Assembly (NCBI GenBank): GCA_964019335.1
Contig: OZ025678.1
Location: forward strand, 124,001 to 188,000
Direction: 5' to 3'
DNA from: Diplonema japonicum
Lineage: Eukaryota > Protista > Euglenozoa: Diplonemea
DNA: 64,000 bases
The translations under genes and the position numbers were made by a program. Within the stretch, counting starts at the first letter, position 1. The number at the start of each line of letters is the position of its first letter. The notes under the pieces were generated by a model. The model did not search any database. It was given only the letters and a program-made list of their open reading frames with translations, and was not told the DNA's origin. This document shows positions 34,629 through 45,404 of this stretch, in pieces.

Positions 34629-37040
34629 ATGGTGTGTTGTTGCTTTCCGTTTCGAAAGTCCCGGGTGATGAGAGAAAAGGACAAGAATGAGGAAAGAGAC
34701 GACTGCAGCACACAAGAGTCAGTAAGAGGTGGAATCATAAACCCGAAGGTAGTTGTAAGGGGCGACAGGGCAAAGAACGAAATGACAACCGCACGGGCCG
34801 CACTGCTGCCCTTTCTAGGCCAGAAAGGAGAGGGCCAAACCCACGGCATGACCGCTCTGGCCAGCTCGGAGTTCATTGAAATTCTCAAGGGAAAGATCAC
34901 GCCACACTTCATCGAACCAAGCGCTGGAATGCCAAGACCGCCAACTGTAGAACCAGTTACGCTTCTACGCGGGCCTTCTGACTTATGCCTCAAAACCGGC
35001 ATCTCCGCGAAAACCGTGACATGTGTGTCCCGTGCTATAAGCCAATCCATTGACACAGTGCTGTACCCTCTTCTTGGAACAGTTTTGGACGAATATGAGA
35101 TGTCAGCCAAGACAAGTGACGCGCAAATCGATCTCCCGGTCATCACTGCGAAGTGCAGGGCGTTGCTTCAGCCAAGCGTCTCATCCACCGTTGAAGCAGG
35201 TCTTCTTGCCCTTGGTTGGCTGTCGGGTCTTGTTTTCGACCAACCCGTCCCTGCCACGGGGCTGACCACCTTCTTCCCTTCTAGCCTCTACGTCTCTTCC
35301 ATCTGCCGTCTTGTCGGCCTCGCCGAGCACATCACCAACACCACATCCCTCGACAGTTATGTTTCCCTCCTCACCTTGACAGGTGTTCTCCTTGGTAAGC
35401 TCCAGCGTATTGAAGACTGGCCTTCGCACCTCCCTTACTTCGCTCTGCATTCTGGCGCTAAAGGACAGCTCATCAGGTCGCTTGCCAAACAGCAGTCCTC
35501 CGGGGAGATGAGTCTCCGCAGCCTTCCCAAGGCAGGCCTTATGGCGTCGGTGGGTACTATTGCGAGAAAGTCCGGTGTGTACAAGGGCCGGAAGGGGTTG
35601 GAGAACAAACTGGTGATGCTGCACTCGTCGTTCAAGGACAGCGATGACGTAGGTGCGGAGGTGAAGGGGACGAGGGAGGTCTTTGAGTTGTTGTCGAACG
35701 AGATAATGGCGGAGTGGAAGGACCCGCTCAGTGTGACCCCCAGCAAGGGCTGGGCGGCACTGCAAGAGTGCTCCTCGTATGTCCGCGTAATGCTGCGGGA
35801 GGAGTGCTCGTCACTGACAGCATCCTTCGCCATTGGTAGCAAGATGGAGTTCAAGAAGATGTCGTCACTGTACCACCACGAACACTTCAGAATCGATGAC
35901 ACGCTGGTACTGATGATCCTGGGCGTGGAGAACGACCCTGATAGCGAATGCCTGCTGTTGAAATGCGACAAGACAGCACCCGTCACCGCTAGCGAGCTGT
36001 CCTTCACGTTGTATCAACCTGGCGTTCCACTGTTCAAAAAAGACAGGGTGTCGCCTTGGCTGTGGTTCAACTGTTCCCTGGGCATGCTCAACGAAGAGGA
36101 CCAAGAGGAGTGGCTGGAACAGTACGCATTTGTCGGGTGGTTGATGGCGGAAGCGGTTTTAAACAACTCTGTTTTGAACATAGGCCTGCCGACGGTGTTC
36201 TTTACAATGCTGAAAGCGTGGCCGGACTACACCCCTACCAGAGACGACCTCGTATCATTGGGAGGTGCAACGGGGGCTTCCATAGACAGGATACAGGAAA
36301 TGGAACAAAGCGAGCTACGAAAGCTTTTGGAGCTCCAAGGTCTACCTGGTCAGTCCACACCTGAAGAGTACGTTAAACACTTGGCAGGTGAAATTTTAGT
36401 AAAACAAGTGGAGAAACTAATGGCTGCCTGTGTGACAGGTTTTCACGCCACTGGCATGCGGAGTCTTGTCGTCTTCAGGCACATGGTTCCGGAAGAAATG
36501 CGATCTTTGGTGTGTGGTCGTAGCAGTGAAGACATCGCGTACCATTGCTTGAGGTATGAGTTCATTGTGGTGGAAGACGAAGAGTTTCGACGGTACGATT
36601 ACGGGGAGGTGTTCCTGGAGGTGTTGTGGGAAGTCCTTCATGAGGGTTTGAACAAGGTGAACAAGAAGCTGTTCCTGAAGTTTTTGACAGGAACGTCGAA
36701 CTTGCCTGCTGTATCGCAAACGGAAGTGCTCAGAGTGGAATGCTTTTCAGATCCAAGCGCGTCGCCCGAGTCGCTGCAGCTTCGTCTCCCCCAGTCGCAC
36801 ACCTGCCACAACACATTGTCCATTCCGAACTATGCAGAAGCCGTCCTTTTCACCGGAAATTCGTTGTGGTACTCTCTCTCCGGGCACCAGGACCATGCTG
36901 TGACGGATGACCACCGAAAGACGGCTTGGAAAACTATCACACAATCACCTCACCACGCGGACATCAGACAGGAGATTTACGATCTCACGCGTGCAAAAAT
37001 ATTACAAGCTATTGGTGCGGACGAAGAGGAAAATGGGTGA
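34629..37040 (+). CDS. HECT-type E3 ubiquitin ligase (divergent)
   Basis: YAFVGWLMAEAV, FLKFLTGTSNLP and catalytic LPQSHTCHNTLSIPNY. The N-terminus MVCCC may be acylated. Confidence 0.9.
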   Translation: MVCCCFPFRKSRVMREKDKNEERDDCSTQESVRGGIINPKVVVRGDRAKNEMTTARAALLPFLGQKGEGQTHGMTALASSEFIEILKGKITPHFIEPSAGMPRPPTVEPVTLLRGPSDLCLKTGISAKTVTCVSRAISQSIDTVLYPLLGTVLDEYEMSAKTSDAQIDLPVITAKCRALLQPSVSSTVEAGLLALGWLSGLVFDQPVPATGLTTFFPSSLYVSSICRLVGLAEHITNTTSLDSYVSLLTLTGVLLGKLQRIEDWPSHLPYFALHSGAKGQLIRSLAKQQSSGEMSLRSLPKAGLMASVGTIARKSGVYKGRKGLENKLVMLHSSFKDSDDVGAEVKGTREVFELLSNEIMAEWKDPLSVTPSKGWAALQECSSYVRVMLREECSSLTASFAIGSKMEFKKMSSLYHHEHFRIDDTLVLMILGVENDPDSECLLLKCDKTAPVTASELSFTLYQPGVPLFKKDRVSPWLWFNCSLGMLNEEDQEEWLEQYAFVGWLMAEAVLNNSVLNIGLPTVFFTMLKAWPDYTPTRDDLVSLGGATGASIDRIQEMEQSELRKLLELQGLPGQSTPEEYVKHLAGEILVKQVEKLMAACVTGFHATGMRSLVVFRHMVPEEMRSLVCGRSSEDIAYHCLRYEFIVVEDEEFRRYDYGEVFLEVLWEVLHEGLNKVNKKLFLKFLTGTSNLPAVSQTEVLRVECFSDPSASPESLQLRLPQSHTCHNTLSIPNYAEAVLFTGNSLWYSLSGHQDHAVTDDHRKTAWKTITQSPHHADIRQEIYDLTRAKILQAIGADEEENG

Positions 37041-37699
37041 TGGGGGGGGGGGGGGGGGTTTAACGGGTGGTGGTGGATTGGTTTTTTTTCTCTCTCTGTT
37101 TTTAATTTTTTTTGTTGCATTTACACGGAAGGTGGAGTCCCTTCCTCTCCCCCTTTTTTTTTTACACACTTCACAAAGGCTATACCTGCACGGTTTTCTT
37201 TTTCTTTCTTTTTTTTAATGCTGTTTCGATTTAGTCACCCTCCCCACCCCACCCCCCTTTAACTGCTGTTTTTTTTTGTAACATTGGTTTAGGTTTGGTC
37301 TTTAATTTCGTCCATTCTTCCCTTCCCGCCCATGGGGTACTTCGGTCGGTTTTTCTTAAGAACATATTCAAAGGAAAACAGACAGGGGAGGGGGGAAAAC
37401 AAAGAGGGGAAACAAAAAGCGATCTGAGGTGTAGAATACTGGGTAAAAAAAAAAAAACGCTCCATATTCGCTAAGTGACCCACCAGAAACCGCATTTTGA
37501 AGAGCTAAAAAAATTTCTAATTGCTTTTTCTAGGGTTGGAATGGATTTATTTGCGTCCGGGGCCCAATGTTCGACACATGGAATTTTTTTTTGTAATAAA
37601 AAATTTTTTGGTGATTTGCCTTACTTTGTACTATACAAAATGAAGCAGCTCCAGTGGAAAAAACACGGCACAAGTGGGGTTCGAACCCTGATGAAAAAA

Positions 37700-37782
37700 T
37701 CACTGCGTCGGGATTCGAACCCGCGACTCCTGGAACAAGGGAGCCTGACAGGTGAGCACGGTAACCACTCTACCACACAGGA
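37700..37782 (-). pseudogene. tRNA-Asp(GTC)-like sequence
   Basis: Minus strand TCCTGTGTGGTAGAGTGGTTACCGTGCTCACCTGTCAG...GGGTTCGAATCCCGACGCAGTG followed by T6. It has an A box, a B box and a CTGTCA anticodon loop, but imperfect stems and extra bases. Confidence 0.6.
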
Positions 37783-37795
37783 ATTCAAAACTCTG

Positions 37796-38402
37796 TTTTT
37801 TTTTTTTTTTTTTTTTTTTTTTCAAAATACCAATAGGTGCCACCAAGGGGGAGCAACACCTGGGAAGGGGAAAGGTGAAGGGAAGCATGGAAATATTACA
37901 GGGAGGGCGAAGACCAGTTCTTCTGCAATCAGATGGAGCTGTGGACTCCGCCAACCCGTGCACCTGTTTGGAACAGCCGAAGAGGGCTGAATTACTTTAA
38001 TTCCAAGCCGCGTAGACCTACGTGACTCGGACGGGGACCTTGACCCCAGTTCGTTGTTCTTCTCAACTGGGACCTCTGGTGACCGGAACTGGCCCCGGTC
38101 GCCCCCTCGAGAGGGATTTGCTCCATTGAGCGAAACATGAAAGGGTGAGAGTAAAATCTCTCAAAATCAAAAGGGGAAGCGAGCGTGCGTGTGCGCATGG
38201 GGATGATAGGGGAAGTATTTGCTCTCCCCGCTGCACTCCGGCAGGCGGGGGGAGGGGATGGCCGTTCCACACTCGTTCGTGCGAAGATGAGAGGACTCAT
38301 CAGGGCAACTTCAGAGTAGGTCGGGCCATCCGTTTTTGACTACAATGTCAGGGCACACGGCAACAAGAGGATGTTAATTTTAAAAAATTCAATTCAATTC
38401 AA
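37796..38402 (-). mobile_element. Non-coding poly(A) retroposon (SINE-like) nested in the TIR element
   Basis: 14-bp direct repeat AATTCAAAACTCTG at 37782-37795 and 38403-38416 (TSD). T27 at 37796-37822 is a poly(A) tail on the minus strand. Confidence 0.8.
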
Positions 38403-39790
38403 AATTCAAAACTCTGACCCCCCATCTTTACTCACGCATCCGGCATAGTGGGTGGAGTAGGTTCCCTTCTTTTCACACCAGATATCCTTGCGATACACAC
38501 TCACGACGTGCCTCAGCCCATCAACACTGTGATGAAATAAACACAGAATAAGAGATGAGCTAAAGGAGGTTCCTGTTCTGGAACGTCCTTGTCTACTTAT
38601 CTCTACTTATCTACCCCTTTCCCAGTTTTCGAAGTCTAGTACGAGTTATTGTGGTGACTGTCGTCTTCCTCGGTCCGTCGTACTACTTCAGCTTCCTGAG
38701 CTACCACTCAGGTGGTGTGCATAGCGTTTCCTTCCGTTATCTGTTCCAGGGGTGCGTCGTGTACGTTTCTAGTACACTGAAGAGTAGGGGTCAAATCTGT
38801 TGTTTCTTCAGACGCTTGATCCACCCGAAGTAGAACAGCAGGAAGGGGAGAAGGAGGAGGAAGGGGGAGGAGATACTGATGTCTTCTTCTTTACTTTCTG
38901 TTGTCGCTACTGTCTTTGCTGCTACTGCTGGTGCTGTTGCTGCTGTTACTGTTGTTGCTGCTGCGTTGGGGAGGTTGTCCATGTCCTCTGTTGTGCCTCG
39001 GGTGGCCCTCCTCTGCTTCCTCGGTCTTGTGCTTCTTGTACAAGATGAGGCTGGGGTGCCATCCTTTGTTTTTGCCTGCTTATGGCACTTCCACTCCGTC
39101 TGCTCTGAGATCTCACTTCTTGCCCTCTTTTGTGTAGTGGACCCGGTAGTGGAGCTCCTTGTGGCTGTACTCCGCTATCGCGATCCTGTCCATCTGGAGT
39201 CCTCGTTGTCTGAGGCTCTCTGCTGGCTGGAAGGGCTTGCTTGGTCTTTCCCTTCGAGTTGCCCGTGTGCTCTCAGGAGTAGGAAGTATTCTCCGGTCGT
39301 CGTCACTGCTTGTTTCATAGTCTCCGTTCCGTCGTCAGGCTGGTCATCAAACCAGGGCACGCGGGTCAAGGATCTTCCAACGCAAACGTGACCGGTGATC
39401 GGTGTAATTCCCACATAAGTACCTTCCAAAGCAGAAATAACTTCTGCCCCAAAGGCAACGTCACTTTCAAATGACTATGCCATTTGGACTGTACGTTGCC
39501 CTGTGGTGGACGGCGTAGACGCGCATCTGTCTCTTCAACTATAAACTCCCTTATGGAACCCTCTTTGACCTTCTCGTCATCTCCACCCATTTGTATTTGG
39601 TGATTACGGCAGTGCAGAGGACAGGACTGTTATGCTTGCTGACTAACAACTAACAATCTTACAATGTTAAGAGCTGTCCTTCCCTCAAAACTGCACTTTT
39701 CTTCAACTAGACTCCCACAAGTTTACGAAAAGCTTTTGCAGAAACACCGGTTCAGGTTGCCGTTTCTCCCCTGTGGGGGGCCTAAAAAAA

Positions 39791-39862
39791 TCCGCTGGAG
39801 TGGGGCTTGAACCCGCTTCGCCTTGGTACAGGGCAAAGCCCCCCCAACTAGACTACTACACC
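39791..39862 (-). pseudogene. Degenerate tRNA-like sequence
   Basis: Minus strand GGTGTAGTAGTCTAGTTGG...TTGCCCTGTACCAAGGCGA...GGGTTCAAGCCCCACTCCAGCGGA followed by T7; A-box-like and B-box-like motifs. Confidence 0.5.
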
Positions 39863-40483
39863 TTCGAAAATATTTTCGGCTGAACTACTGGTCAGGAAGA
39901 TGCTGGCTTCTGGGATCGAACCCTGTTAACCATGTTTTTCAAAGGGAAAAGTGCCCAGTTGCAAAAGTTTGGCAAAAACGGCCAAAACCCAAAATGGCGA
40001 CTTCCAAGGTCATTTTGGTTGGCCCCCAATATTTTTTTTTTGGAAAATTTTTTTTGGAACTTCCTTGGAACTCACCGTTCTTTCATGTTCGACATATGGA
40101 TTTTTTGGAGAAAAAAAATTCAATGAACCTTTGGGCATTTTTGACATTTTTTCCCCTATAGCCCCCTATAACCCCTTTGGGCGGGTCACTTAGCGAATAT
40201 GGAGCGAAATAATAATAATATTTCAGAAGAATTATAACCGGTTTTCATTTATCTACCCCCCCCCCCCCCCCACACACACACACACACATACTTGTGATAA
40301 CAATTTGATTCTCAGTACTCCAGGCTATTCTTTTTTTTGTAGGGCACCGCCGTATTCCTAAAGAATAGCTCACCCCCCCCCCCTTTTTTTACATGAAAAG
40401 AATATCTTTTGTTAAATTATACACACTTTCTTTTTTTTTTTCCTGAACACAGTCAGTATTTTATTATTATTATTATTATTATT

Positions 40484-40582
40484 GATTGGAAGATATAAAC
40501 AACAGCTAGGCACTACGTCATAAGGTAGGCACGCCACCGCGGCGGGCCGTTGCTAACCACATCGTTCCTATCATAGTGAATT
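40484..40582 (+). repeat. Short interspersed repeat between (ATT)n tracts; its 3' ~37 bp recur at 43208-43244
   Basis: GGCCGTTGCTAACCAC(ATCG/TCA)TTCCTATCATAGTGAATT occurs twice. Confidence 0.7.
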
Positions 40583-40810
40583 ATTATTATTATTATTATT
40601 CTATTCTCTCTGGGGCAGCAGGGATTTGTTTTGGACTCTGACCATGGAAGAAGTCTCAGGTAAATGACTTCACCTCCCCTTGAAGCGAGTCAAAAGTGAG
40701 AGGGAGGCAGGGGTGGGTGGACCAAATGATTGGGTTGTTGGGCTGTACCTAACCACACAATTTTAACCCTTTTGTCTTCTGAAATTTTCTTGCTCCAAAC
40801 AGTTCAGAAT

Positions 40811-40863
<53 letters not shown>

Positions 40864-41482
40864 TTGTGGTGCGAGTGCGAAGCTAAACCTTCTGTTCTTT
40901 CACCCCTCATTGTGACTGTCAAAAAATCACTCTTTTTTGTGTTTATATATTCGCTGCTACAGAGGGGTGGGTAGATAAATGAAGGGGACTACATATTTGT
41001 TGCCGAATAATAATTAGGCGCTGAATTTACTCGAATTTTCGAGTTTGTTTTATTAGAGAGAAACAAACGATACCGGCGAAGGACAACAAAAAAAAGGGGG
41101 GTATATTTTTTGACTCTATATTTGAGAATGTAATTTCCATCCCCACCCCTTCCCCTCCCCCCCCTCTTTGCAGTCATTTAAGTCAAAACAAAGGAAAGTC
41201 AACTCTTTTTTTTTTAAAGAATATTCCCTTCCCCCTCAAGAATTAAAAAAAATATATAAGGGAGTTGCGCTTGTTTAACAACTATATTCCCCCCCCCCCC
41301 CCCTTCCCCCCCTTTTTTTTCTTCTTATTATTTACTTTCTTTTTTTTTCTCTCTTTCTTTTCCTCTCTTCCTTTTTTTATATTTTCCTTCTTATTTATCC
41401 CCCCCTTTTTTTCCCCCTCTTCCCCCCCCCCCCCCCCAGCCGAGATTTTTACAAATAAAAAAAGTGGGGGCAAAAGCGGGAT

Positions 41483-43111
41483 ATGCTCAATGGCATAAAT
41501 GTAACAGAAATCGATGGGAAGGGCCGAGGCATGACGACCCTAGAACCCGGCTTCGAAAAGGACGCGACTCTATTTACAGAAAAACCGTTAGTAGCGTGCT
41601 CAACAAACCCGGAAGCGTGCGATATATGCCACCGTTCGTTGCTGTCAATCGGCGATGCTGGACTTCCTATATTCTTATCGAAAGAAACCGACCACTGGCC
41701 GCTGGACCCGAAAAGTACAGTTAAATGCGGTTCATGCCCTGCAAAATACTGCTCGTCACCGTGCAAAGAAGAAGCCTGGGAGAGTTACCACAAAACAGAA
41801 TGCGCCAGCTATGCGAGAATTCGCTCCGATCTACCGAAAAAAGTCCGCACACAATACCTCGATGTGTGTCTCCTAACAACCAGAATGACGTATCTGAACA
41901 AAAAACTCCAAGCGTGTTTAAAAGACTATGCAAGGGTACAATGCGACCCAATTCGGTTCAGCCGTGAAATAAATGCGTTGAAAGAGGTGACCGGAATAGA
42001 TGCAACGTATTACCTGGAGATCGCGCTGACAAATTCCGCCTCGTTTGTAAATTCCCCGAAACATGTTTTCTTCACGAGCGTTCAGAAATCCCGTGAAGCC
42101 GGTTCGCTTGACATCCTCTCGTTGCTGTCCTGTTCTGAACGGTCAGAAATGCAGGGTATGATAGAAGGTGTAGGAATATACCCGAATACCCGTTTTCTGA
42201 ACCACTCTTGCAACCCTTCATGTTCATTGAACCCCGTGGCGACACCCACGAACTCTTTAACTATCTTCGCAAACACCAATATACCGGAATCCACCGAACT
42301 CACACTATCCTACCTCGATCCCAACCCATCGGAGTTGATTAATGAGAAGCTCTCTTTCCGTGTTAAAAACAATTTGGTTCATAGGCAAAATGCTTTGAAG
42401 CGTCATTGGGGTTTTGCGTGTCGATGTCAAAAATGCTGTTTTGAAATGGATTTGGTGAGGCAATGCGTCGGCATTGCAAAGGGTAGGCTGAACGACGACG
42501 ATGCGAGCATAGCTTCGAGGTTCGAATCTTCGATTTGCGACGAAGAAGAAGAAGCGTTGTTCGCAAAAAAACTCGATGGTTTATGTGAAGCTCCCGACGG
42601 GCTCCCCTCCGTTGAAGGCGATTTGAAAAATCTCGCATTTTCTACTGGATACCAACCTGCTCTACACATGCTCGGATGTCTTTACTACTACGATGAGTAT
42701 GGTTGCATAGATACCGAACAGGCGTTGCGGTACTTTTGTCTGGCTTCGTGCGTGAGGTCTGGTTGGGACCCGAACACACCTTCTTCGTGGTGCTGCCTTG
42801 CAGAAATTCTTCTCGAGTCCGGGTTTGCTGCAGACGCAAGAATTCTCTTCCACACGGCAGCTGTGCACGGGTTTCCTTTGTCACAACACGCTCTCGCGGT
42901 GTTGATTCACGATGATGATCCCAAAGCCGCTTGGGAGTGGATGGAATCCGCCGCTTCACAGAAGATAGTCCAATCCACATACCTCCTCGGCATCTGGGCA
43001 AAGGAAGGACGGGCAACCGCCTATCCGAAAAACGAAGTTCTTGCTAAAAAACTGCTCACGGCCGCGAGAGATGCAGGTTACCCGGTCCCGGCGAGTGAAC
43101 TGCAGTTTTAA
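41483..43111 (+). CDS. SMYD-type SET/MYND methyltransferase with C-terminal Sel1-like repeats
   Basis: GKGRGM, MYND CDIC...CGSC...YCSSPC, FLNHSCNP, ELTLSYL and post-SET FACRCQKC; Sel1/TPR-like helices. Confidence 0.9.
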   Translation: MLNGINVTEIDGKGRGMTTLEPGFEKDATLFTEKPLVACSTNPEACDICHRSLLSIGDAGLPIFLSKETDHWPLDPKSTVKCGSCPAKYCSSPCKEEAWESYHKTECASYARIRSDLPKKVRTQYLDVCLLTTRMTYLNKKLQACLKDYARVQCDPIRFSREINALKEVTGIDATYYLEIALTNSASFVNSPKHVFFTSVQKSREAGSLDILSLLSCSERSEMQGMIEGVGIYPNTRFLNHSCNPSCSLNPVATPTNSLTIFANTNIPESTELTLSYLDPNPSELINEKLSFRVKNNLVHRQNALKRHWGFACRCQKCCFEMDLVRQCVGIAKGRLNDDDASIASRFESSICDEEEEALFAKKLDGLCEAPDGLPSVEGDLKNLAFSTGYQPALHMLGCLYYYDEYGCIDTEQALRYFCLASCVRSGWDPNTPSSWCCLAEILLESGFAADARILFHTAAVHGFPLSQHALAVLIHDDDPKAAWEWMESAASQKIVQSTYLLGIWAKEGRATAYPKNEVLAKKLLTAARDAGYPVPASELQF

Positions 43112-43259
43112 TTTCCCCCCCCCCCCCTTAATATTGCCCCGCTTCCGTCACATGAAAGAAAAAAAAAGGGGGGGGAGAGGGTTTTTTTTTTCTTCTTTTT
43201 TTTTTTTGGCCGTTGCTAACCACTCATTCCTATCATAGTGAATTTTTTTTTTTTGCTAA

Positions 43260-44318
43260 ATGACGAATGTGTTCACGAAGACGAAAAACGTCATCCACAA
43301 GGAAAAGGTGAGGTTTGGAAAACGGCCCAAGAAACACAGCAAGATAGCGGGAACGGTCCGAACCGTTTGCATGTGCGAGTCGTTCAACCTGGCTGAGATA
43401 GGCAGGTACTTCAGAACAAAAGGCGGCAGAGGCACCGTAGTGAAAGAAATGGCCGACCTTGTGTGGATCGAGACAGACTGCGACTCCACCATGTCCAAGT
43501 TCGGCTTGGCAAGAAAAAACGATGCCAGAGTCCCACAGCGAGTACCGAAGCTCGACCCCGACCACCATGTAATTATAGAAAACCCTCCCGAAACTACGCA
43601 CGAAACCTACGAGTTCTTCTTTTTTTCATACGGCGTGTTAGTGTGGTGGTCGACACACCCACCAGTCGACGATTGGAGCAAAGGGGGAAAAGCCTTCCTC
43701 CGTTTGATGGAACTGAACCGGTTAGTGTTCGAGGTCAACTCCCGGCCCAACATTGAGCCCGAAACATGCCAATGGTCGATCGATAAAAACATGGAAACTA
43801 TCGATTGTGATGTTTTCACCCTTCCTGACACGGACCCTATTAGAATGTTGGCGTGTTCTCATGGGCTCGCACAGTCGATTAAACTAGCAGAGTTTGAATC
43901 ACGTGTGGAGGAAATGATCAACACAACTAAGGAGTATCCCAATGTGATGGACCCGGATTCAGTGATACCGCTACCGAAAATGAAGGAGGTGTGCATGAAG
44001 CAAGGCGAGCTTTTTTTGAACCGGATGGATATTAACCTACACACTGATATTCTCGACACTCCAGAATTTTTCTGGACGCACACGGATCTCGAGCCGCTCT
44101 ACCTAAGAACCCGACGGTATATGGAAATCACCAACAGGGCGGACGTCCTTAACAAACGTCTTGAGATCGTGCAGGAGCTGTACTCCGTGCTCTTCGATGA
44201 GATCCAGACGCGCACAGCGACGAGTCTCGAACTGTACATCATTTGGCTCCTTCTTTTGGACTTCATCATGAGTCTCGTTTCATTTTTGGCGGAGTTCTAC
44301 AAACGGAAACGAAAGTAG
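43260..44318 (+). CDS. RMD1: DUF155 / RMD1-RMND1 family protein
   Basis: FFFSYGVLVWW, SHGLAQSIKLAEFE, ILDTPEFFW, RRYMEITNRADVLNKRL and LELYIIWLL. Confidence 0.9.
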   Translation: MTNVFTKTKNVIHKEKVRFGKRPKKHSKIAGTVRTVCMCESFNLAEIGRYFRTKGGRGTVVKEMADLVWIETDCDSTMSKFGLARKNDARVPQRVPKLDPDHHVIIENPPETTHETYEFFFFSYGVLVWWSTHPPVDDWSKGGKAFLRLMELNRLVFEVNSRPNIEPETCQWSIDKNMETIDCDVFTLPDTDPIRMLACSHGLAQSIKLAEFESRVEEMINTTKEYPNVMDPDSVIPLPKMKEVCMKQGELFLNRMDINLHTDILDTPEFFWTHTDLEPLYLRTRRYMEITNRADVLNKRLEIVQELYSVLFDEIQTRTATSLELYIIWLLLLDFIMSLVSFLAEFYKRKRK

Positions 44319-44463
44319 GGGGGTTTTGTTGTCACAGAACCTCATTTTTTTTATTTAAAAAAAAAATAATAGGTTCTTGTTGTGTTTTTTTTTTTTTTTT
44401 TTTTTTTTCTCCCCGTCGCCGCAAAAAAAAAAATAAAAAATAAAATAAAAAGGGGGTAGGGGA

Positions 44464-45404
44464 ATGAATGCGGCAAGGTTCCTCAGGTTTGCTTCCTACA
44501 ACCCGACGCCACTTGGGCGGGCAATGCGGCCTTTGTATTTTACCAAAGCGGAGCGTGATGCAATGGATGACGTGCTTAGGAGAGTACGGAAAAAAGAGGC
44601 AAGCTACGACAAGGTTGTGAAAAGAACAATGGTTCGACGGAAGCAGAAGATCGCAACCCAGCAGGCAGAAATTTTCGCAAATGAGAAGGCCAACGTTTCG
44701 AGAGAAACCAAAAAATTGGCCAGGTTGGCACGGAGAAAGGGCCACAGTGCTAGAAGACAAACAGCGGTACTGAAGCAAGAAAGGGTGCTGGTGAACAAGT
44801 CCCTGACAATTCAAACCAATAATAAAACTAAAAAAGAATCTCGTGAGAGGGAAAAACGTCTTAAAAAGGCGGAGGAGGCCCGGAAGAAGGCCTACGAAGC
44901 ACTGTTAAAAAAAAGGAAAACTAAACGAGCCAGTATACGAGCCGAAAAAGCAAAGATAAAAGCAAAACAAAAAATTGTATGAGAGTGGGAGGGGAGAACG
45001 GGGAAATGAAAACAGAAACTTGACGAGAACCAGCGAATCAATAAGGAATCTGGCCCCGTGTCCCCAAGGACTCTATACACCAAGCTTCAGACCGGAAAGG
45101 GACTGAGTATGAAGGAGATCAGCGATAATTTCCGGGCACTTAACGCTTCTGAGAAGCAAACCCTTGCGGACCAGGCCAAGAAAAACCTTGCGAGGAGAAA
45201 TGATCTCAAGAACTGCAGGAAAAAGGTATGGTTGGCGAGACAGGATTCCACCTACTATAGAAGCCAACCGAATTTGCTCTCTTTTTGAAAACGAATATGC
45301 CCGGCTATCTCGCAGATGCTAGGAAGCAAACTGATGATCACAAACTCGCATTCAGTACAGCAATTCGCGCTGTGGCCGCGTTGTTCAAAGAACGAAAAAA
45401 GTAG
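44464..45404 (+). CDS. Most divergent KAP-like paralogue (copy 8); introns 44977-45015 and 45226-45260
   Basis: Presequence MNAARFLRFASY, R/K-rich exon 1, GPVSPRTLY...FRALNASEKQTL and KPTEFALFLKTN...VAALFKERKK. Intron positions are equivalent to the other copies. Confidence 0.82.

Larger units (their letters stand above)
37458..40206. mobile_element. Non-autonomous TIR element carrying tRNA-like cassettes
   Basis: Perfect 24-bp TIR CGCTCCATATTCGCTAAGTGACCC (37458-37481 / 40183-40206) between A-rich flanks. No recognisable transposase. Confidence 0.85.

Noticed and set aside
37700-37782. Functional tRNA-Asp gene
   Set aside because: The acceptor, D and anticodon stems are mismatched and there is an extra segment, so it is recorded only as tRNA-like.
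38265-38310. Hammerhead-like CUGAUGA on the minus strand of the nested retroposon (and CUGACGA at ~23403)
   Set aside because: The downstream core reads GAAC rather than GAAA, and stems I-III could not be completed in either case.
38879-39391. Hydrophobic 170-aa + strand ORF inside the TIR element
   Set aside because: It derives largely from (GCT/GTT)n low-complexity sequence and has no recognisable domain.
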